Assembly (NCBI GenBank): GCA_951406725.2
Contig: OX597831.1
Location: forward strand, 15,934,001-15,998,000
DNA: 64,000 bases
Reading direction: 5' to 3'
Origin: Octopus vulgaris
Lineage: Eukaryota
The notes below the pieces were generated by a model. It was given only the letters and a program-made list of their open reading frames with translations, was not told the DNA's origin and ran no database searches. Of this stretch, positions 55,327-64,000 are shown in pieces; position 1 is the first letter of the stretch; every line of letters starts with the position of its first letter. The translations under genes were made by a program, and so were the position numbers.

Positions 55327-57259
55327 GTAAGTAATTACACGATAATGTATTAATTATTCTCGAGTATACCAATTCACTGCATACACGTCATTAGTACACA
55401 GACAAAACTTCGTGTAGTGTTTAACAAAAGAGAAAATAGAAAAAAAAATTATTTCTCTTGTTTTTCTCCGTCACAGCATATGAATGAGAAAGGAAGGGGT
55501 GAAATTCGAGGATTTTATTTTGTTTACGAATGATTAAGTGCGCGATGTGTGTGTATATGTCACAGATAGAGTACGTGCGTCTGTGTTAATTCATACGCCA
55601 TGACATTTATTATATGTGTGTGTATTCTGTATATGTGTTGACGTCAGGGAAGCTATGTTTCTATTTTCGTCAATGTTTTGGTCAATGCGTCGGTCACACG
55701 CTACACAGGTTATTTCCAAGCAGTGCTGTAAGCAGGGGGAGTGAACCAGAACGATAATACTTAGTGTGTGTGCACAGCAGAGATCAAGGTCGGGCTGTGT
55801 CAAGCAGCTTCACTATGCAGGCTTTAGCTTCGTTACTATGATAACAGATCAATATTTATTGATCAGATCTAATATAGATGCACCTGCGTATTCATGACAT
55901 AAATGCGTCTGTATACATGGGTTTAGTTTTACCCTTGAATATCAATAATCGTAGCGAGATATCACATTATATGAAGATTATGAAATATATTCATTGAAGT
56001 GTTTCAAACATTTATTTCAATGCAGCTTACTATTGAGTCTTTCTTAAGAACATGCAACAAATACTTACCGAGGTCGCCCTCATTTATAAATTGTTTAATA
56101 TATATGGTCATGGAAGGAAGAAATACCTCTGAGAAACATCGGCCAAGTGCTTATGAATGTAGAAAATATGCATCGGTTAATGGTTGCAGTCCAACGAAAA
56201 TTATATATAAACACGTAATTTGCTCTTGGGGTGATAGAGAAAATATATTTGAAGTGACCATCACCTTGAAACGACTATATATATGTTTTGGAAGTCATAC
56301 TGAATTCACTGAAAGCAAGAGCTTGGAAGAAGTCAATCAATCTCAAGGACATAAACACCATGCTTCACAATGCTTCTAAATTATGGAATATTAGTAAAAA
56401 TATGATGGGTAAATATGGGATATTTTGGAGTAACAGCCACGGGAGGATAGAAAAAGGAAATAGGAAGAAACTGGAAGCGGAGATGTTTTTATTTCCTGTT
56501 ATTTCATAATTTTATTTCATTATATCCGCTTACGTATATATTTTAAAATTAGTGGTTCAATTCCTCAAACGTGAAAGAGCACATTTTTAAATCTTGGTCA
56601 TCTACCAATACAGGGAAGAGAATATAAGGTTTTGAAATATTTAATGTTTTCTTATATAATGGACATTGAGAGGTGGGTATTACAATTGATTGTTACAGAT
56701 GATGGATACGAAATGATTTTTGCATTTTAAAAGTATATAATTTTCGAATATAATTTTTGTTAGTCAATGTGACAAGATCAGTAGACACCTTAGGGGGCAC
56801 CCGAAAAACTCAAACTACTCCGGTAGTCATAGGAACACAAGGTGTCATAAAGGAGGATGTACTAACGGTTTAGACAACACACCCAGTAAAACCATAAATA
56901 TTTGTCTTTGTAATTCATGTAAAAACAATTGCCCCTTATAGAAGCCAAAAGCCTCAAAAACGGTGGAACTGATAGTCAACTATGTCCTGCATTTTCTTCT
57001 CATTCAAAGAGAATTCTAGTTACCAAACTTGAATGTAAATTTCCTGGAAATTAATTAAGCATGTACTATTTGATTAAATAAAATATTTTTACTTCATGAA
57101 TTTCACGCCTATGAGACAAATAACCAACACCTTGTGATTTTCAGTTTATTTCTTGGAATCAGGCCAGAATTCAGCGTTTCAATCTAGGATGCCTTCTGCA
57201 ATATTTACTGAAAACTATAGATCAATACAAGGTCTTTTATACGAAATTTAACTTTGCAG

Positions 57260-57362
57260 GTGTTGATGCGCTGACCCAGTTTTGTAGGGACACATCCAAA
57301 GAACTTTGCCCTGAAATCCTCCAAAAATATCCTATAACTAAACCGGATAGGAACTATTGCAA
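57260..57362 (+). CDS. Gene C exon 2: (G)VDALTQFCRDTSKELCPEILQKYPITKPDRNYC(K)
   Basis: actttgcag|GT ... AA|gtataa. Phase 1 to 2, C-x7-C-x16-C, clear similarity to gene B exon 2. Confidence 0.88.
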
Positions 57363-57734
57363 GTATAAAATATCTTATAACTTATCTTTATGTTATTTGT
57401 TACTCACAATATTTGCATATTCATTCAAAGAGGCGATGATAAAATCGGTATCGCCTTTTAATTTCTAATATTTCTGAGACCGATTGAGAAAACACCAAAA
57501 TTTTAGCAGAATGAATTTAATTAAAGAAACCCGTTATATAATTAAAGGCATACGATTTAAAAACTAAGAAAAGTCAGCAGAGGGTGTCAACCAATAGGGT
57601 AGCTTTATATTGTTACTAAGAAATATTGTTTACTATCATATCTGATTTCTGATTAACTGTTATTACACATATTTAGGATTAAGAAGGAGGTTGACCAAAT
57701 ATAACAATTGTACGAGTCGACCCAGTGCATTCCA

Positions 57735-57890
57735 CTTAGCAGCTAGGCTTATTCGGCTCGCGATCGTAAGATTGCGGGTTCAAATCTCGGCATTTCGATG
57801 TGTTTCGATCAAAACTCTTTATTTCACGTTTCTCTAGTTCACTCAGCTGGAAAGATTGATACATACCTATAATTAAATGGCCAGCCAGGT
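57735..57890 (+). mobile_element. Degenerate tRNA-derived SINE fragment
   Basis: cgatcgtaagattgcgggttcaaatctcgg...ctttatttcacgtt..agttcactcagctg, similar to the 12413-12748 element. Confidence 0.6.
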
Positions 57891-58618
57891 CACATTTCCT
57901 GTAACACTGAAGCACCCTGAAAACTACGTCAGTGGTACACGAGTCTGTGGTGGACTCAACAACTTGCACGTTAATTTTACGAGCGCAGACTGTTTTGCAG
58001 GTCGGATCATCTGGAACACTTGTCGTAACCGACAGATTTCCAGTTTTAATATGGGCAGATGTTTATTCTGTTAATTCCAGAGGAGAATTCCAGTTACACT
58101 TCAAAGAATTTATCTACACATGCACACAATATAAATAATGCCTAATATTCCAAACTCCTGTTTGTTTTACCATCTCTTGTTCTATCAAGCAGCAGTGTAC
58201 AAATAATCTAAAATATTGCCAATATTTTCGATTATAGATTTTTGAAATGACAATCTCACGTTGAGTGTTACGTAGCAAGAAGTAATCCAAGGTCGTGTGT
58301 TGAGACTTGATGAAATATTCAATAACTTACAAGAATGTTGGATTTACATGAAATTTATGTAGAGTATCTGAGCTGACAGAAAATATTTGTGCCAGAAAGA
58401 TGATAGGCTCACTAACATACACTTCATCTAGCTGCTTGAAAGATTAATTAATTTCTTAGCAGTAAGGAGAAAATAGTGTCAGGTAAAAGGTTGCTGCATT
58501 TTGAGAAACACACAGGCATCTCATCAAATATTGTGAAATATGTTGACCCTATATCACCTGTGTTATTTAATTGTTCTTCCACTATGTAATGTCGCCTGAC
58601 GTACTTTTAATTTTTCAG

Positions 58619-58707
58619 ACGCGTAAAACTGATAGTGGAATGTTATGCAACAATCTTTGAGCAGTGTGGAGTTGAATACAAAATAGAGTATATCGTTGAA
58701 TGTGATC
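58619..58707 (+). CDS. Gene C exon 3: RVKLIVECYATIFEQCGVEYKIEYIVECD; exon 4 not found in the window
   Basis: ttttaatttttcag|A ... C|gtaagt. 89 nt, phase 2 to 1, same Cys spacing as B and B'. Confidence 0.88.
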
Positions 58708-58749
58708 GTAAGTGTATGTTTTGTTTTATGTTTTAGACATAACACACCC

Positions 58750-59704
<955 letters not shown>

Positions 59705-59745
59705 CAATTATTATTACAATTATTATAATTATTATTATAATTATA

Positions 59746-59796
<51 letters not shown>

Positions 59797-59797
<1 letters not shown>

Positions 59798-61946
59798 GTA
59801 GTTTTATTTTTATAGCGTGCTTTCACTTCACTACCGAGCGCAGCTCTGTGTGCCTTGGGTATGTGCTGTGATTTGTTGTGATTCTCTGATGGTTATTGTA
59901 TGGAAAGTGTTCTGCGTAGGATGTGTGCAGTGCCTAGTAGTGCAATTTTCTGTATGTTTTATGTGTGTGTAAGTCCTGGTGTTTTAGTTATGTATTTGTC
60001 TGAATATTTTTTTATCATGCCTAATGCACCTACTATGCTAGGAATTGTTTCTGTTTTTAGATTCCACATTCTGGTTACCTCTATTTCCAGGTCTTTGTAT
60101 TTTGAGAGTTTCTCCATTTCTTATAGAGAAACATTGTCATCTGCAGTTATTGATACGTCAATTAGAAAGCATTTTTTTTTCTTCATGATCTCTGACAACT
60201 ATATCTGCTCTGTTGGCCTTAATTTCTCTATCTGTGTGTATCGGCATATCCCAGAGTATGGTTGCTTTCTCGTTTTCTGTGACCGTTTCTGGCGTGTGCC
60301 TATACCATCTTTTTTCTGTTGTTATTCCATAATGTTGGCATAGCTTCCAGTGTATATAGGTTCCAACTTTGTCGTGTCTATGAATATATTCCTTCTTAGC
60401 CAGGATTGGGCAGCCAGAGATAATATGATTTATTGTTTCTTGTCCCTCTCCACATATTCTGCAGTTACTTGTTATATTTCTTTTCATTACATGTTTTTAG
60501 GAATTTCTGGTGGGGAGGCTTTGGTCTTTTGCTGCAATTAAGAATCCCTCTGTCTCTGCCTTGAGTCCTGAGCTTCTCAACCATTGCTGGGATTTTTTTT
60601 GTCTATTTCTTTTGCATTTAGTTTAGTTCAGTATTTACCATGAAGGACCTTTTCTTGACATCGTTTTATCATGGTTCTTTGCTGTTCTAATTTTAGTTTG
60701 GATTTCATTTGTTTTATAGCTTTTGTTGTTGTTTCTTCTTCTTCTTCTTCTTCTTCTTCTTCTTCTTCTTCTTCTTCTTCTTCTTCTTCTTCTTCTTCTT
60801 CATATTTATTAGGTGGTATGATTTCTTGTTTGTATTTGTCAGCTTCCTTTTATACTGAGTACAGTTTTTTGTTTTGCACGTGTTTTGCCGCTATTTATAT
60901 CAGTTTTCCTTCCTTCTGAAGTAGAAAATTTTGCAGTCCTACGGTGGTTATTTTATAGTAGATTTCCAGCTGTATAAGGCCTCTACCACCTTCTATACGT
61001 TGTATATATAGTCTTTCTATGACAGACTTTGGGTGATGCATCCTATATCCTGTCATTATTTTTCTTGTTTTCCTATCAATTTTGGTCAGTTCATTTAGTG
61101 TCCAGTTAAGGTTATTGTAGCTGTAACTTATAACTGGGACAGCTTAAGTGTTAATACCTATTATCTTGTTTTTAGCATTGAGCTCTGTTTTTAGTATTGA
61201 TCTAACTCGTCTATGATATTTTTTTCTCTTTCATTTGTGTGTGTTGTGTCTTATCTAATTCAGGGATTCCTAAGTATTTGTAAGTTTGGCTTTGGTCTAG
61301 TTCTTTTATTTCATTGATTTTATCTAGTGTGATGTTGCTATTCTTAACTAGTTTTCCTTTTTTCATGGTTATTTTGGCGCATTTTTCTAATCTAAATTTC
61401 ATATCTATTTCTTTGTTAAATCCATGAACTGTCTTTAATAGTGTTTCCAGCTGTTTGTCATTTGCAGCGTATAGGTGCATCCATATATAGGTCATCCATA
61501 TATAAAAGGTGGCTGATCGTTTTTGCCGTAACATTTATTTCCGCATCCAGTTCTATTTAGCATATCAGATAGAGGTGACAGTGCCAAGGAAAAGGAGCGG
61601 AGAGAGCGTGTCTCGCTGGAATATTCCTCTTCTAATGGGAATGGCTTTTGGTTTTCATGAGTCCCTCTTTTGGAGCTGTAGCAATGTTTGCCATTTATTC
61701 ACAGAGTGTCGTATGAATTTTATAATTGTCGGTGCTACTTTGTTAATGGCTAGTGTCTCGAAGATCCATGTGTGTGGGATGATATCAAACGCCTTTTTGT
61801 AGTCGATCCAGGCCATACTGAGGCCTTTCTTCTCTCTTTGGCTCTCTTCAGTTATGGCTTTATTAACCATTAGTTGATCTTTACAGCCATATGAGCTTTT
61901 GCGGCATACTTTCTGCTCTTCTGGAAACATGTTGTTTTCGTCCATT
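59797..61946 (-). mobile_element. R4/Dong-like LINE family B, 5'-truncated, in (TAA)n
   Basis: GCKDQLMVNKAI..WIDYKKAFDIIPH; CRICGEGQETINHIISGC; KANRADIVVRD. 3'UTR differs from family A. Confidence 0.92.
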
Positions 61947-61970
61947 ATAATAATAATTATTATTATTATT

Positions 61971-62524
61971 GAGTGAGAGAGCAGTGCATGCCATCAAAGT
62001 GGCACTGGGGTAAAATATACGAAGCCCACCATACCCATCATGACTACCCGTCTGATAAAGGTACACCAGGCACATGCATCACAACCATATGTGCGCGACA
62101 TGGTGATCTCATATCAAGATAAACAGCACATGACCTTGCAGGTGGGGCCTAGTTAGAATTTTCTTCAGGTCGAGTAGACCATCCTGCTCAAAAGGTCCCT
62201 GAATAAGGGTTGCTTTAGGATGTTGAACGAAACACCTATGTTTCCAGAGGTGAATTATTCAAACTCAAAAGAATCACTCTCAACACATGGCTATGATGCT
62301 CCCCCACTACTTCTGCTCGTGATCAGAGATGCACATATCGTCAGCCACTAAGGGACAGGCACAACTGGTCATGGTCAAACAACTGACAAGCAAATCTGTG
62401 GTATTGAGCGGAATATTTGCTGTAGCCCATCTTTTATACCAAGACAAAACAATGTACATGATTACACTTCCAATCAGTTAAGATCAGAAGCCATGAGAGC
62501 CACTTCCTGGTACTGCATCAGGGC

Positions 62525-62528
<4 letters not shown>
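61971..62528. mobile_element. ~560-bp non-coding interspersed repeat bounded by (TAA)n
   Basis: Second copy at 63685-64000; no coding motif; both copies start at a (TAT)n tract. Confidence 0.75.
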
Positions 62529-62582
<54 letters not shown>

Positions 62583-62585
<3 letters not shown>

Positions 62586-63337
62586 TAGTTTTATTTTTAT
62601 TTTTATAGCGTGCTTTCACTTCACTACCGAGCACAGCTCTGTGTGCCTTGGGTATGTGCTGTGATTTGTTGTGATGCTCTGATGGTTATTGTATGGAAAG
62701 TGTTCTGCGTAGGATGTGTGCAGTGCCCAGTAGTGCAATTTTCTGTATGTTATATGTGTTTGTAAGTCCTGGTGTTTTTGTTATGTATTTGTCTGAATAT
62801 TTTTTTATCATGCCTAATGCACCTACTATGATAGGAATTGTTTCTGTTTTCAGATTCCACATTCTAGTTACCTCTATTTCCAGGTCTTTGTATTTTGAGA
62901 GTTTCTCCATTTCTTTTAGAGACACGTTGTCATCTGCCGGTACTGATACATCAATTAGAAAGCATTTTTTTTCTTCATGGTCTCTGACAACTATATCTGG
63001 TCTGTTGGCCTTAATTTCTCTATCTGTGTGTATCGGCATATCCCAGAGTATGGTTGCTTTCTCGTTTTCTGTGACCTTTTCTGGTGTGTGCCTATACCAT
63101 CTTTTTTCTGTTGTTATTCCATAATGTTGGCATAGCTTCCAATGTATGTAAGTTCCAACTCTGTCATGTCTGTGAATATATTCCTTCTTAGCCAGGGCTG
63201 GGCAGCTAGAGATAATATGATTTATTGTTTCTTGTCCATCTCCACACATTCTGCAGTTACTTGTAATATTTCTTTTCATTACATGTTTTTGGTAATTTCT
63301 GGTGGGGAGGCTTTGGTCCCCAAAGGGGAGGGGAGGC

Positions 63338-63340
<3 letters not shown>
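62583..63340 (-). mobile_element. R4/Dong-like LINE family B, short 5'-truncated copy (CCHC + intact RLE + 3'UTR)
   Basis: CRMCGDGQETINHIISSC..RPDIVVRD..FLIDVSVPADDNVSLKEMEKLSKYKDL. Confidence 0.92.
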
Positions 63341-63378
<38 letters not shown>

Positions 63379-63438
63379 GATTATTATTATTATTATTATT
63401 ATTAATATTATTATTATTATTATTATTACCATTATTTA

Positions 63439-63517
<79 letters not shown>

Positions 63518-63559
63518 TATTAATATTATTATTATTATTATTATTATTACCATTATTTA

Positions 63560-63617
<58 letters not shown>

Positions 63618-63649
63618 ATTATTATTATTATTATTATTACCATTATTTA

Positions 63650-63684
<35 letters not shown>
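63341..63684. repeat. Compound (TAT)n microsatellite with a three-fold repeated interruption
   Basis: taatatt..ttaccattatttacatt recurs at about 63403, 63521 and 63614. Confidence 0.9.
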
Positions 63685-63685
<1 letters not shown>

Positions 63686-64000
63686 GTGAGAGAGCAGTTC
63701 ATGCCATCAAAGTGACACTGTGGTAAAATATACGAAGCCCAATATACCCATCATGACTACCCGTCTGATAAGGGTACACCAGGCACATGCATCACAACCA
63801 TATGTGCGCGACATGGTGATCTCATATCAAGATAAACAGCACATGACCTTGCAGGTGGGGCCCAGTTAGAATTTTCTTCAGGTTGAGTAGCCCATCCCGC
63901 TCAAAAGGTCCCTGAATAAGGGTTGTTTAAGGATGTTGAAAGAACCACCCATGTTTCCAGAGGTGAATTATTCAAACCCCAAAGAATCCCTCTCAACACA
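63685..64000. mobile_element. Second copy of the 61971-62528 repeat; runs off the window
   Basis: agtgagagagcag..catgccatcaaagtg.cactg.. near-identical start. Confidence 0.75.

Overview
AT-rich, microsatellite-dense eukaryotic DNA. The SINE repertoire points to a coleoid cephalopod, probably Octopus (inference). Most long ORFs are transposon remnants (R4/Dong-like RLE LINEs in (TAA)n, L1/Tx1-like LINE, Tc1/mariner, a Neptune-type Penelope-like element) or microsatellite artefacts. Manual splicing reveals a cluster of four paralogous small genes that the ORF track does not show as genes: A (-), B (-), B' (-) and C (+). They share a signal-peptide exon, exons 2-3 carrying a C-x7-C-x16/18-C-x8-C-x7-C-x11-C framework (only exon 2 is in the window for A), identical intron phases, and, in B/B', a GPI-signal-like C-terminal exon. 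B and B' lie in a recent tandem duplication (4862-30122 and 30123-48329) whose introns differ by only a few percent, yet their Cys-domain exons differ at 39 substitutions plus an in-frame indel, with only one purely synonymous codon change. This is a strong signature of diversifying selection. The window also holds several hammerhead ribozyme (HHR) motifs in Penelope-type insertions in (TA)n tracts, including a ~410-bp palindrome with two opposed HHRs in intron 1 of gene B only. All gene models and counts are manual; no database search was run.
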